DNA of 55,406 nucleotides from Saprolegnia diclina VS20 (Eukaryota): NCBI RefSeq assembly GCF_000281045.1, contig NW_008246168.1, positions 39,168 to 94,573 of the forward strand, read 5' to 3'. Shown piece by piece: positions 1 to 11,927 of this stretch (position 1 is its first letter; each line of letters starts with the position of its first letter). The notes under the pieces were generated by a model. It saw only the letters and a program-made list of their open reading frames with translations, ran no database searches and was not told where the DNA came from. The position numbers and the translations under genes were made by a program.

Positions 1-299
1 CGGCCATGTGCGACGTGAACATGGCGCACGTCGTCCACGCCGAAAATATCCAGTTGCGCATCAAATCCAGACTTGACTTTGAATCCACTCGATAAATACA
101 CGTAGATCCGCAATTCGAGGGAACTAACGAGTTGTGTCGCTGGCATGCGATAGAGACGCCAAAGAATTCAAGTAGGAAGTAGGACGGATTTAGGCTATTT
201 CATTCCTAACGATTGAAAATACCACCCGAGTGGTTTCAAGCGCAACGCTTCAAGCATATCGTAGGGGCCTTTACAGCGGCGCACCCATTTAAGTAGCTA

Positions 300-1431
300 T
301 CATAGCACCGCGATGGCCAGAGGTAGTTCCAATTGAATGCTGGTAAACCAGCCGATAGCGCACGAGACCTTGAGTACATAACTGCACGAGACAAACTCGC
401 CACGCGTGCTCGGGTACAAGACGGTTCCGTCGTGGCCAAGCAGCTGGAGCGAGTGCGTCTGCACCACGTGCTCGCCCCGAGCGACGCCAGGAAACGATGC
501 CGAGCAAATGGCTTTGGAGCACCTGTTGCGCGTGTCGCCTGCAGCCACATGAACGAGCCGCACGAGCTCGTAGCGCACACTGCTCACGTCTTTGGCGGAG
601 AGGTTGCGAATTGAACATTGGCTCTACAACCGCGCTATAAAACCATTTTGAACTATCCGCAAAACCTCCAGGATGTCGCCGGGGCCATACAAGGTCTTGC
701 TGAGTGCAATTTGCACGTGGCAAGTCCCGTAGTGAAAGCAACACAAGAACCGGATCGCTTCGTTCGCCTCGGCCACGCTCGGCGCAATGAACCCAATCGG
801 ACGCATGTAAACAAAGAGGCTCTTGGTGTCGGTCAAACCGCGTCGAAAAAGACTGTCGAGGGAGAGCGTGCCGCGGATGGTGTAGCTAATCTTGGCCTTG
901 ATACCGCCGTGGTCGTTGTTGTCAAAGGAGCCTGGCAGATCTGTCGGCAGCTCAAACTGGAACGGGTACACGTGGTCGCCCGGGAGGAGTTGCAGCGGAA
1001 TGTTGTGAAAGACAAACTAGTACCATTGTTGAGAGACTCAACCAAGTACACTCTACCAACCTCTTTCTGCAGCAGTCGGCGGCTCGTTTTGTGCGTCTCC
1101 ATCGTCGACGACGCATTCTTCTTCTCGATCGTCGACGTCACATTGGTCGTGTCGAGAGTCGCAGACACATTGCCCTTGTCGACAGGCGGCGAATGACACA
1201 TTGCTGTCCAGCTGACCTCTTCGCTGCCTGCGACGGAGACGGCAAGCTCTAGAACATTGTGGTATGATGGCAGCAAACGTGCCGTTCAGAACCTGTGCAC
1301 TGCAGCGGCTGAAGGGCCGTGACGTGGAGCGCGCCCGTCACGAGGTCACCTGGAAAGTAGTGCGACTTGTCCAGAGAAATGTACAACGAGCCTTTGTCCG
1401 TGGCGCCGAACCACAGGCCAACGCACTGCAT
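300..1431 (-). CDS. Arrestin-fold (arrestin N + C domain) protein, copy 1; multi-exon
   Basis: Spliced reading MQCVGLWFGATDKGSLYISLDKSHYFPGDLVTGALHV...YPFQFELPTDLPGSF...ISYTIRG...LYPSTRGEFVSCSYVLKV...LELPLAI. The YxPGD-V-G, YPFxFxLP-LPGS, YxxxG and PST-G-Y motifs are typical of alpha-arrestins. About 42-44 nt GT-AG introns join ORFs 1249..1620, 833..1276, 624..971 and 300..587. Confidence 0.85.
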
Positions 1432-1789
1432 CACCAACAAGCGGGAAGCAAATGACTTGTGGGCGTTGGACAGCTCGCCATGAAGGATGTTGGGTGATAC
1501 GCACTTCCCATTGGCTAAAACCAAGTCGGTTAAAGTGTTTGATTGGCTACACCAGTGAGGTTTGCAACTCAGTTCGCGGACCCACGCCTGTCCGGACCAA
1601 TTCTTCTCTCGCTCCGGCAACGTCCTCGCACAAACGTATTACTGAGTGCTTTGAAGCATGAGCCTGCGCGTCAAGACAGAATGGGACGGACTTCATTGTA
1701 CACACTGCACTGTACCATATTGGCCCAACACTGCCAGCGTAATGATGGCGTTTCCTGGGAAAGCTCTTTGCTGCATTCTCTACACTGCA

Positions 1790-2898
1790 CTAGGCGGCCA
1801 CAAATGGATCGACGCGCAGTAGGAAAGGACCACCGAGCGCGATCGGAAGCTCCAGCTGGACATCGGGGCACCACGCAATGTCACATGTGACGCGAATCTC
1901 GTAGCGGCAGCCCAAGAGGCTCCCACGCGTGCTAGGGTACAGCGCTTCGCCGTGGCCAAGCAGCTGGAACGGCTGCGGCTGCGAGAGCTGCGCGCCGGCG
2001 ACGACGCCCGGAAACGTCGCGCCGCAGATGGTCTTTTGCAACGTGCGGTGCTTTCCGTCGGCCATGACGTCGACGATGCGGACCAGCTCGCAGCGCATGC
2101 TGCGCACGTCTTTCGCCGACTCGTTGCGGATATCGCACAGAATCTACGTACGCTGAAGACTCCATATATCCCACAAGCATGCGTACCATGGGCACGTCAC
2201 CAGGCGTGTACATGTTCTTGTCCATGGCGACGCGAAGGTAGCACGTGCCTTGGTTGAAGCAACAGAGGAACCGGACGACCTGCGTCTTCTCGGCAACGCT
2301 TGGTGCGACGTAGCCTGCGAGCTGCGCGTAGACGACAAACGTTTGGCGTCGTTTGACGTCTTTGCTGAAGAAGCCATTGACGCGGAGCCGACCCTTCATG
2401 CTGTACTGGATGCGTGCGTCGACGCCGTCGTGGCGTTGGTTGTCGTACGTGCCAGGCAACCCCGTGGGCAGTTGGTACTGGAACGGGTAGATGTATTGGC
2501 CGGGCGAAATGTGGTGTTGCGCACTGTAAAGCACAATCTATTTCATGGCGATGGCTTCGGTGGACGAGTGTATAGCGAGACGTACTGCCTGGTTCAAGAA
2601 GCAGCGGCTGCTCGAGAACGTGCGCGTGACGGACCGACGGTTGTCGCCCGAGCCTTCGTCGTGTGTCTCGGACCAGTGGACCTTTTCCTTGCCCGAAATG
2701 ACGACAACGACCTCTAGCCATGCAGTTGAGGTTTCGACGGTCATCATTTGACGCACCGTTGCATTCGATGGGCTCGAGTACGTCGACTTGGAGCGAGCCA
2801 GAGACCACTTCGCCCGAGATGTAGTGGGGCTTGTCGACGACGATCGCGATCGATCCCTTCCCGCGCAAGCCCAGGAGCTCGCCCACGAACGCTGCCAT
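1790..2898 (-). CDS. Arrestin-fold protein, copy 2; multi-exon
   Basis: MAAFVGELLGLRGKGSIAIVVDKPHYISGEVVSG...YIYPFQYQLPTGLPGTY...IQYSMKG...YTPGDVPM/ILCDIRNESAKDVRSMRCEL...LYPSTRGSLLGCRYEIRV...LELPIAL. Intron positions match copies 1 and 3. Confidence 0.9.
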
Positions 2899-3285
2899 CG
2901 GTCGCACGCAATTTCAAATTTTGTGTCATCCGGATAACCACTTAATGGCTCTTGATTCTCACATAAAACACACGTGCAAATCTCCTGGCACTGTGTCTCT
3001 AGTCCTATATTTTGTATGGCGTGCAAGTATATCACACTCATAAATCGTATTTTTCACGTGCTTACAATCCGCACAGTTCCTTCTCTTGAACCCATTTGAC
3101 GTCCTACTGGTTCGATGACGTGGCAGCGCGATGGCGTTTAGCTCCGCCACAGGATGCTTGGTCAAGACAGGACCGTTTGAGTTGCCGACAAGCCGCACCG
3201 GTATCTGAGAGACCACACACGACGTTAGTATGCTATAAATACAAGACCATTCGTTGACAATTATGTATACGGTGGTGACAACTAA

Positions 3286-4367
3286 CTATTCCGGCGGGGA
3301 AAAGGCGTCCGGAATCGGTGCGCCAATCGTCAGTGGCAAGCGGAGTTCCACAATCGGGCACGTCGGAATGTCAAAATCGACTTCAATGTAGTAGCTGCAT
3401 GACACAAAGTTGCCGCTCGTGCTAGGGTAGAGACCGCGACCGTGGAGCGAAAAGGGCTGGGGCTGCGAGAGCACACGGCCCGCGGGAACGCCCGAGAAGA
3501 GTTCGTCGCAGAGCACGGTTTGCAGCGACCGAATCCGGCCGCGTGCAAACACTTCGACGACGCGGACCAGCTCGAACCGCATTGCGCGCATGTCTTTGGT
3601 CGATGAGTTTTTTACGTCGCACTGGACCTATCGATCGGTCAGTTGATCGTCAGCAGCAGCATCTACGGTACGTACGATGGGCACTTGGCCGAGGCCGTAG
3701 CCGCACTTGTCGAGGGCGACACGCAGCGTGCACTGACCGTGGCGCAGGCAGCAAAAAGAGCGCAAAAGCTGCACCTTTTCGGCGACACTTGGCGTCTCGC
3801 TCAGGGACGGGACTGCATACATGGTGAACGCGTGCCGGTCGGAAGCGTCTTGGGCGAGGACGCCGCGGACGCACAGCGCGCCTTCGACGCCATACTCGAT
3901 GATGGCCTGGACGTCCTGGTCGTTCTCGTTGTCATAGCTGCCCGGAAGGCCGGCGGGCATGCGGTACTGGAACGGGTAGGCGTAATGGCCTGGCGCGAGC
4001 TCGCTCTCGACACTGCAGAGTACAATCTACGAGGCAATCAATCATCGACAGCAGCGTCGCAAGCCCCAAGTACCTTTTGTCGAAAGAACTCGCGACCGTC
4101 AAAGATCATCTCGGTGTGCCCCGCCGCCTCCTTCTCGGTCCACGCCTCGGTCCACGCAACGCGCTCGTTCCCGGCGACGATGACCACAATCTCTACAAGA
4201 GTGCATTAGCCACGGCGATGGGCGCTCTGTTGTGTACCGCTGCACGCGACGGGCTGCGTCACGCGCACGCTCACTGTGCCAATGAGCAGGTCCGTCGCCG
4301 CGCACGTCGGTGTCTCGAGCTGCACGTGGACGCTGGCTTTGCCCGCAAAGCCCAACGTGTGCGCCAT
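3286..4367 (-). CDS. Arrestin-fold protein, copy 3; multi-exon
   Basis: MAHTLGFAGKASVHVQLE...YPFQYRMPAGLPGSY...IEYGVEG...YGLGQVPI/VQCDVKNSSTKDMRAMRFEL...LYPSTSGNFVSCSYYIEV...VELRLPLTIG. Colinear with copies 1 and 2. Confidence 0.85.
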
Positions 4368-5272
4368 GCTGCCAGTGGAAAAATGCGGTCGAGTCGGACC
4401 TGCACCCAATAGAACATCCGTCGACGTTCGGGTGCTGGCCACTGTCCCATCATCTCGCCACGTCCTACTGTAGCGCAGGCACCCGCGCTCGCGTCGTGAA
4501 ACAGTCGCGCGCGTCCTTCAACCGCAATCAAGAGACTGGCTACTAGCTACTAGGGCCATCGAAATGGTGTATCGCGAACCCGACGTATAGCTAGCAGTAC
4601 GAGGAGGCAACGTCTCGTCTTGCCGGGTCTGCGCCCCGCCGAGTGCACCCTGCCACACTGCGTTAGAGCGGGAAGGAGGATCGTCCTTGCCGTTTGATTC
4701 TCTGCAGCAAGTCTCTGTCGACCCCTGATGTGGTGGCGACTGTCAACGGCTCAGAAAAAGCCAGCATACAGACGTTGTCAACGCACTTTGCAGTTTGCGC
4801 GAAAGAGATTGCACTTTCCAGTCTGCAGGCTGCACCATGAAACGGCCCAAGCAGGGCGACTGTCCGCTTGACACCGCCCATGAAGGACCATCGCACGGCA
4901 CGGGCGCACACACGACGTCGACGCAAGCGACGACCCAATGTGAAGCCATGCAGGAAGGGGCGGCGCCTCAAACCAACGGTGTCGACACCGCACATACTGT
5001 ACAACCAAGTGCAACACGCACTGAACCGCTTCCGAACGTGTTGACGTTGGCTGTCGTTGCTTTCGGGTCCCGCAATCACGGGACAGCTGTTGGTCGGATG
5101 ATGCTGTCGCCAGGAATCGAAGCAGGTACTTTGAACGTATCTCGACTCGGCAATGAGTCTAGCTTGACCAGAACCCACGTCGACAAGTGCCGTCGCCGAA
5201 ATGAACTGCGCAAGATTACTACATTGCTCTTCGTTCGGTACATTGCTAGCAATCGAGAATGCAGCGCAGCCT

Positions 5273-7298
5273 TCAAGCGGCTGCTTTGGACAAGGTCGCT
5301 GCAACTTGCGTCCACGGTACGTCCCACGTGTGTTCTGCGACCGCATCGTCCACGAGGAGCTTGACGCGGAGCGCGACCAAACGCGCGTCTGCGTCAAAGA
5401 GGCCCGTCCACTCGACACAGCCATCCTCGCTCACGCTAACCAGAGGCAGCTCAGTCTGTCCGGCAGCGAGCTCAAGGCGCCATTTGCGCAGCGTCCGCGT
5501 CGTCACCGAGTGCGTCGTCGTGTGCCCGGTCGCCGAGACCATTTTCCAGAGCACGCGGGGCGAGCTTATCTCGTCGTCTTTGGTGGGCCGTTGGATCTAG
5601 TATCAATTTATCAATTTGATACAAGAGATCACGATCGTACCCGCACAAAGCGGCGCTCAAACCCTTCGTCGATAGTATCAATGTGCGCGAAAAAGAAGTC
5701 GTTAGACACGTGTTTGGTCGGCAGCGGCGCCAGCGGCGGGTTCAAATACGACGTCTCGAGCGTGCAGGTCTCGCCAAACGCGCTCTCGACCGTCCAGCGC
5801 AGGCGCGCCGGCGTCGTCATGCGGCGCGTCAAGAAGGACCTATATGCGCATGAATATCCCAACTCTACGACGGAGCACTCTACTGGTTGCGCCACTGGCC
5901 GCTTTTGGTCGGAGCCGGGAAGAGGGCTGAGGCCTTGCACCGAAGCACGTCGCCGCGCAGCACCTTGAGCAAGAGTGCGTCATGGTTGTCCCACGTCACG
6001 TTGGTCGCGGTCGTCCAGGACACGCCGTCGTCGACACTCAGCTGGCATGCGGCGTCGACGAGCGTGAGGCTGCCGTCCGAGGTCGCGGCCAGTGGCGCCG
6101 TCTTGGCGGTCGCGAGCAAGAGCCGCTCAGCCTCGTCGACGCTGATCGTTCGGTCATGGACCATCTCGAGAATGTGCTTGCGCTCGGCCGAAAGCGCCGA
6201 CGTTGTGGCGATGACGTCGTGCTCTTGAAGACTCACGACAAGAAACTCAGCTTCAAAGAGGTCCGCCCTAGTCATTGCCGTGAGTCTGCAATCGCTTCCT
6301 GGCGTATATACTTGGAGTGGTAGCGCGCATCGTTGGCAACGAGGGGCTTGGAGAGCTTGAGTCGCAGCGGCAGCGTCCCCGACGACGCACACACGGGTAG
6401 CGCCGGACGGGTCTCTAATCAAAAGGGGTCACGTCAACGCCACCCATGCTGTCGTACGCTCGAAGAAGGCTTCTGGGATCGCTTCAAACGCGAGGCGGGG
6501 TGGGCACGCACGCGTGGACGGCGCACGGGGTGCCACGTCATCAAGGTTCGTGGCGTCGTCCGCGACAATCGTGACATTTTCGACAGCCAGTGTCTCAACG
6601 CCAAAGGCCACTTGCTACATTCCATGCATAGGACTCAAAAGCCAAGGCGACGAACGTACCGAGACATTCGGGGTGCTGCTCGTGGGCGCCTTGACGCGCA
6701 CTTGGAGCGTCCGCGTCGCAGTCGCCGTGTCCCACGCCATCCACGCGGCTTCGACGCGCCACGTTTGGCCCAAGCGGATGACCGTCTTGTTCCAGGCATC
6801 GTTGAGGCGCGTTGTCGTCTCCGAGACGGTCCATGTCGGCGGCGGCGTCGCCGCCAAGAGCTCGGACGTCGACAGTGTCTGGAGCGCGACCGTGATACCG
6901 CCTTGCGTTGCCCACACGGCGAGGGTCTCGCCGTCGCGGAGGCGTCCGACGTGGCCCGAGACGCGGCACGCAATGTCGCTGCCGTCCGCGGCGACCGTGT
7001 AGTCGTCCTGCTCGAGACGCAGCCATTCGTCGCGGTCGCGCAGCATTGCGCGAAAGTGTCCGATGCGGTTGAGGTACGGGAACGTGTCGTGGTGCTCATG
7101 GGCGTGCAGGGCCTTGGCGCAGCCGCTTGCTGGGAACGGGTCGTACGAAGAGAGTTTGGTACCGCAGCACGAGAGGACGCAGTCCCACGACCCATAGATG
7201 TAGTCGCTCACGGGGTGGTAGCTGCAAGCGCCTTGGACATTTGAGTCGGCGTCGTAGTCGACCCCGCACTGCACACAGCGGTGGATCTCGCCCACCAT
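5273..7298 (-). CDS. Hypothetical multi-exon protein with N-terminal CHORD-like Cys/His zinc motif and internal SHOCT-like motif
   Basis: ORF 6615..7298 starts MVGEIHRCVQC...C..H...CC...GC....H. Successive coding-like ORFs (6429..6611, 5880..6422, 5629..5940, 5273..5554) are separated by short intron-like AT-richer segments. The 3' end and some junctions are uncertain. Confidence 0.6.
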
Positions 7299-7915
7299 GC
7301 AGCAAATTCAGCACTGGCGTTAACCGGCTCGGCCGTCATCCGTAGGATCGCGCGTCGAAAAGAACGTTGCCGGCCATGATCGACGACGCTTGCGAGGACG
7401 ATGGCGAGCCATAGGAGTAAGGTACCACCCACCGCTACAACGTACTTTGAGCGGACACGGCAAGGCGCGCCGCCGTGGAGCCGACCTTTGGGGCGCCGCA
7501 ACGACTCGCTCAAGCTCAACCACGCCGCTGTCGGTGCTAGCGTCGATGTATGTGCAAGCTGAAGTGCAAGCGACGGCAAGCAGCCTTCGCAGTTAGTTCT
7601 GTACAGTATTGTCGCTGGCCTGCCCGCTGCTGTGCGAGCAGCCCTTGGAGCCATGAGCCTCCTGTCCGCGAGGGCTATATGGGCTTCGTATCACTTGCAA
7701 GTGCCAGGAAGTCTCTTGTCTGCTGACGTGGCGTCGTTGGCGGCTTGTGGGCTCGTGCGGACTTGAAATCGGCGGGAACGTTGCGGTGTCATTTAATTCT
7801 GATGTTTTATGTTGACTCTCTATATGTAGCGAAAGGGATTAAAATCCAAATCATTCGTTCTTGCGGGTTGCCGTTGCCCGCGGAAACCGATACCATTTTC
7901 ATCTTTGGTCGCGCC

Positions 7916-9068
7916 ATGGTACACGAGGAGCGCTGGCAACGAGGGCTCATGGCACGTGCTAGGTGAACAACGGGAAGCGGAAGCGCATCGTACGCCGTTC
8001 ATCGATGGACTCGGACGACGAGTTCTCTGGCGACGACGTGCCCACGCAGCGCCAGCGGATGTCGCAGCCGGCGCCGCTCATGTCAGACGACGACGAGGGC
8101 GCGCTCGACTTTACGCAGCCGTCGCTGCCTGAGCCGCTGTCGCAAGCGCCGACTGTGGTGAACGAGCCGCAAGAGGAAGGCAAGGGCGTCCCGGCGCGCA
8201 TTGGCCAGCTCTCCAAGAAGGTACGAGCACCCGCAAGCGCCGCCAAGGCTGCAATCGCGCTCGTAGACGATCAACGACTTGACGGCGCGCGTCGTGCGCT
8301 TCCTCCTCTACAAGGCCCAAGCCAACCTTCCAGTGCGGTTCGCGGACATTGGCAAGGAAGCGCTACCGAACGAGTCCAAGGTCAGCCGGTACGGGTGCAA
8401 CGTCTTGAATCCGTGGGCATGGCTTGCTCTAGGTACTTTCTCAAGCTGGCGTCGGCCGAATTGGAAAAGGTCTTTGGCTACAAGGTCGTCGCCGTCGACG
8501 AGATCCTTCCGAATGGCAGCGGGAAGAAGGACATTTACCTCATCGTCAATGCGATCCAAGACCAAGCCCACTTGCTGCACGTCAACAAGGCGTATGGCAA
8601 GGTCACGCGCGGCCTGCTCATGACAATCCTCGCCTTCATTTGGTGCGCGCCGAGCCGCCGCCTCGTCGAAGGTGTGTCGCGCTTGGTTCAAGCTGCATGC
8701 AAAGATCTTGTGTAGAGGACCTCTGGAAGCAGCTCTTGCTCGTCGACAGCTCGGTCACCAACACGCCTGGTCGTCACCCGCAGCTCGGCGACGTCCAGCA
8801 GCACATCAAGACGTTCGAAGCTCAGATGTACCTCGCGTCCGACACGGAGATTGACGGCGACGGGAAGCGCATCAAGTTCTTCACATACGGCGCCCGCGCG
8901 TTCGCCGAGGTGGGCAAAGTTCAGATCCTCACCTTTATGTGCAAGGTAACATGTCGTCCTACGCCATGCAGGACAAGCTCAACGTGTCTCTAGCTCATTC
9001 ACAACCGACCGCCGAGTGCAGAAATGCTCAACGAACTCGCCATCGAAATGCGCAACGAGCGCGAGTGA
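7916..9068 (+). CDS. NSE3: MAGE-family protein, SMC5/6 subunit NSE3-like; multi-exon
   Basis: ATG-only first exon, then intron 7919-7962. Spliced product includes LTARVVRFLLYK...PVRFADI...LEKVFGYKVV...YLIVN...GLLMTILAFIW...EEDLWKQL...HPQLG...QMYL...YGARAFAEVGKVQILTFMCK, the MAGE homology domain pattern. Stop TGA at 9066-9068. Inr-like CCATTTTC upstream. Confidence 0.88.
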
Positions 9069-9291
9069 TTCATATATTCGTAGAAGTATACAACAATAGT
9101 CACTCACCCAAATCCGTCTACGAGGGATCCATCGCTACGGCAGATAGTGTAGCGAGCGCCAATGGTCAGCCGCCCCACGCCTCACACCGGAATGCTCCAG
9201 AGCTGCAATCAATCCACTCAGCGGACTGCTCTTCTCCTCGGTACAAATGGAAGCAGCGGTCAATGAGTTCATGAAGCTAGCGAGAGAGATA

Positions 9292-9902
9292 NNNNNNNNN
9301 NNNNNNNNNNNNNNNNNNNNNNNNNNNNNNNNNNNNNNNNNNNNNNNNNNNNNNNNNNNNNNNNNNNNNNNNNNNNNNNNNNNNNNNNNNNNNNNNNNNN
9401 NNNNNNNNNNNNNNNNNNNNNNNNNNNNNNNNNNNNNNNNNNNNNNNNNNNNNNNNNNNNNNNNNNNNNNNNNNNNNNNNNNNNNNNNNNNNNNNNNNNN
9501 NNNNNNNNNNNNNNNNNNNNNNNNNNNNNNNNNNNNNNNNNNNNNNNNNNNNNNNNNNNNNNNNNNNNNNNNNNNNNNNNNNNNNNNNNNNNNNNNNNNN
9601 NNNNNNNNNNNNNNNNNNNNNNNNNNNNNNNNNNNNNNNNNNNNNNNNNNNNNNNNNNNNNNNNNNNNNNNNNNNNNNNNNNNNNNNNNNNNNNNNNNNN
9701 NNNNNNNNNNNNNNNNNNNNNNNNNNNNNNNNNNNNNNNNNNNNNNNNNNNNNNNNNNNNNNNNNNNNNNNNNNNNNNNNNNNNNNNNNNNNNNNNNNNN
9801 NNNNNNNNNNNNNNNNNNNNNNNNNNNNNNNNNNNNNNNNNNNNNNNNNNNNNNNNNNNNNNNNNNNNNNNNNNNNNNNNNNNNNNNNNNNNNNNNNNNN
9901 NN
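9292..9902. other. Assembly gap (611 N)
   Basis: Run of N. Confidence 1.
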
Positions 9903-10140
9903 GGGGTGAGGCGTTTGAAAAGGACCGTCTTTGAAAACGCGCGCGGCGCAAACACGGCCATTTGATTGGTGCATGTTGAATTACTCGTTTTGGATTGGCG
10001 GAATATTTTGGTATGGAGACCGAAAAAGACCAATGAAGAGGCGGTATCCTCGGGAAAGCGTTGACTGCACCAATCATCGAGCGGCTCAAAAACAGAAGGA
10101 GCATAATTTGGCGCCAAGTTTGGGCGGCAATTCCCCTCGC
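9903..10140 (-). promoter_or_regulatory. CCAAT-rich promoter facing into the gap; shares a 12-mer with the histone H3 promoter
   Basis: Several ATTGG/CCAAT boxes. GATTGGCGGAAT at 9993-10004 is identical to the copies at 12495-12506 and 12567-12578. Confidence 0.55.
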
Positions 10141-10566
10141 GGACGAAAAACAAATCCTGCGATTCGTGGCAGTTTGATCAAGAAGCATCCATCAGTCTGA
10201 TCCAACGGCAATCGAGGATATCCTTTTCGATACGATAAATCATTTCACCTTTGCTAGCACTGGTAGACGCAAGAGTGTGCATTGAATGCGTTATGCTCGT
10301 CTCCGTTTAGCTGTAGTGAAGGTGTGCATGATGGCACAATGGCAAGTTTCCGTGAGAGAACGCGAAAAAGCGGCGGAAGGTAACGAATGTGTTTCGCTCG
10401 ATGCATATCTGCCACGTTGTAGGATCTCATTTGAGCCGTTGCTATAGAAAAGGTGAGGAAATGTCCCGAGCCCATCAGTCGTCTAACTAGACCACGCGGG
10501 TTTCCACCAACGACTTGAGAGCCCAACAACGCGATGTCTTCTTGCACCCTCACTTTTGAACTGATC

Positions 10567-10800
10567 ATGCACGGCTACTCCCTTCTGTCCGTCTTCGCAA
10601 TCGCCTCGGCCGTCACAGCCCAGCAGTTCAAGGGCTGCACGGTCGATGCCGACTGCTTTAGCAACTTTCACTGCAAGCCGACGGTGGATGGTGCCTTCTC
10701 CATGTGCCAACCCGGCGCGCGTCATGGTCCCATGCCCCCTGTTGTCCCGAAATGCGTGTGGGCGCATGGCCAAATCGTTTGTGGGCGTCCGCTCGAGTAG
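10567..10800 (+). CDS. Small secreted cysteine-rich protein (77 aa, 6 Cys)
   Basis: MHGYSLLSVFAIASAVTA is a signal-peptide-like hydrophobic stretch ending V-T-A, followed by C-x5-C-x5-C-x10-C...C-x8-C. Codons look coding-like; Inr-like CTCACTTTT lies just upstream. Confidence 0.75.
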   Translation: MHGYSLLSVFAIASAVTAQQFKGCTVDADCFSNFHCKPTVDGAFSMCQPGARHGPMPPVVPKCVWAHGQIVCGRPLE

Positions 10801-11859
10801 TTTGCGCCATAGCACACTACCGGTACTACGATAATAAACTCGTCGCACAGATTTCTCCCGTGATGCAAAGCTACTGACAAACCGAAATTTACGTATCTCG
10901 ATCGCTCCAGTTGTGCTAACCAAAGCTGGGGCGAGAGCGGCGTGCTCAACACATCCCGTGCCATGATTGAGGTAGCTGCTTCGTCCCTCACGACCTCTCC
11001 TGCATGAGGCCACCACCGCGTTGACGCCATCGCTCGTCCGTCGTTGGACTCTGGCTTGCATCGAGCAAGTGACGTGCAAAGGTGCCTTTCAACGCCAAGA
11101 GCCTGATCGTAGAGATCATCGAGCTGTACCACGTTTGTTGTCAAGTTAGCTCAACAAGGAACCTGCGAAGGAATGAAATCATGCCTCCACCACCAGCAAG
11201 GCTGCTTAAGAAAGAGCCCTACATTAGGGGCCTCGGCAAGGATGACGGACGACGCCAAGTTTGGCCAGCTATTCATTGTGGCCTCCACGGCATGTTCATG
11301 CATTGGCCATGCCCAAGCGAGACGCAGCCTGTGCATCCGGGCTTGGGATACCACCAATTGGTTTCATCGAAGACCATGCAACCAAGTACTTCAATAGCAC
11401 CACACGCTACAGGCTATCGCATACTCTTGTAGTGCTTCCGTCTGCCCACTGCATGGCCTACTAGTAGGCCAGTGCGACAACTAGTCTCCTCGGCGCTTCT
11501 CGCGCGTTCGGAATGCAGCTCGATATGTAGCGTGTTGTTGTTCAGCAGAAAAATAGCTACTGGTACTGCACCTTCAGCTGCAGCCTCGCTTGGATATAGC
11601 CCACGCATACAGATGCGGATGAGGACGACGGTGACGAGCAGGAGGGCTGCGAGGATCATCTTGACGCTCGCAACACTCGAGAGTGTTGGCTTACGAGGGT
11701 ACATTCCGGACCCGTGACCATTTTGTTCAGCTCGTTCAAGCACTCAATTGCCCGTGCGACCTAATAACAGCGATCACGCTTTATAGCACTACAATCTAAG
11801 AAGGATCCTCTTCATGACCTAGCTACATAGCCGATGGTTCGTTTCTTAAGCGAAAGGGT

Positions 11860-11875
11860 GGTGTTTAGAAACACC
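11860..11875 (-). terminator. Histone mRNA 3' stem-loop of the gene hidden in the gap
   Basis: Minus strand reads CATCT-GGTGTT-TCTA-AACACC-ACCC: 6-bp stem, 4-nt loop, ACCC tail. Same stem as the H3 stem-loop. Confidence 0.85.
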
Positions 11876-11927
11876 AGATGTAGGGAGACTTGACGTCTCC
11901 AGTTTGAGAGATTGCACTCGTCAAGCA

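Noticed and set aside
1..120. Coding-looking minus-strand frame running off the left edge
   Set aside because: Too short to define a start, frame or product.
4663..5270. ORFs 4663..5424 (-) and 4795..5364 (+)
   Set aside because: No recognisable motif or host codon bias; could not be tied to either neighbouring gene.
10900..11750. Fragments with a faint ankyrin-like phrase (EAAAEGAVPVAIFLL)
   Set aside because: Single weak match in broken frames; insufficient to call a pseudogene.
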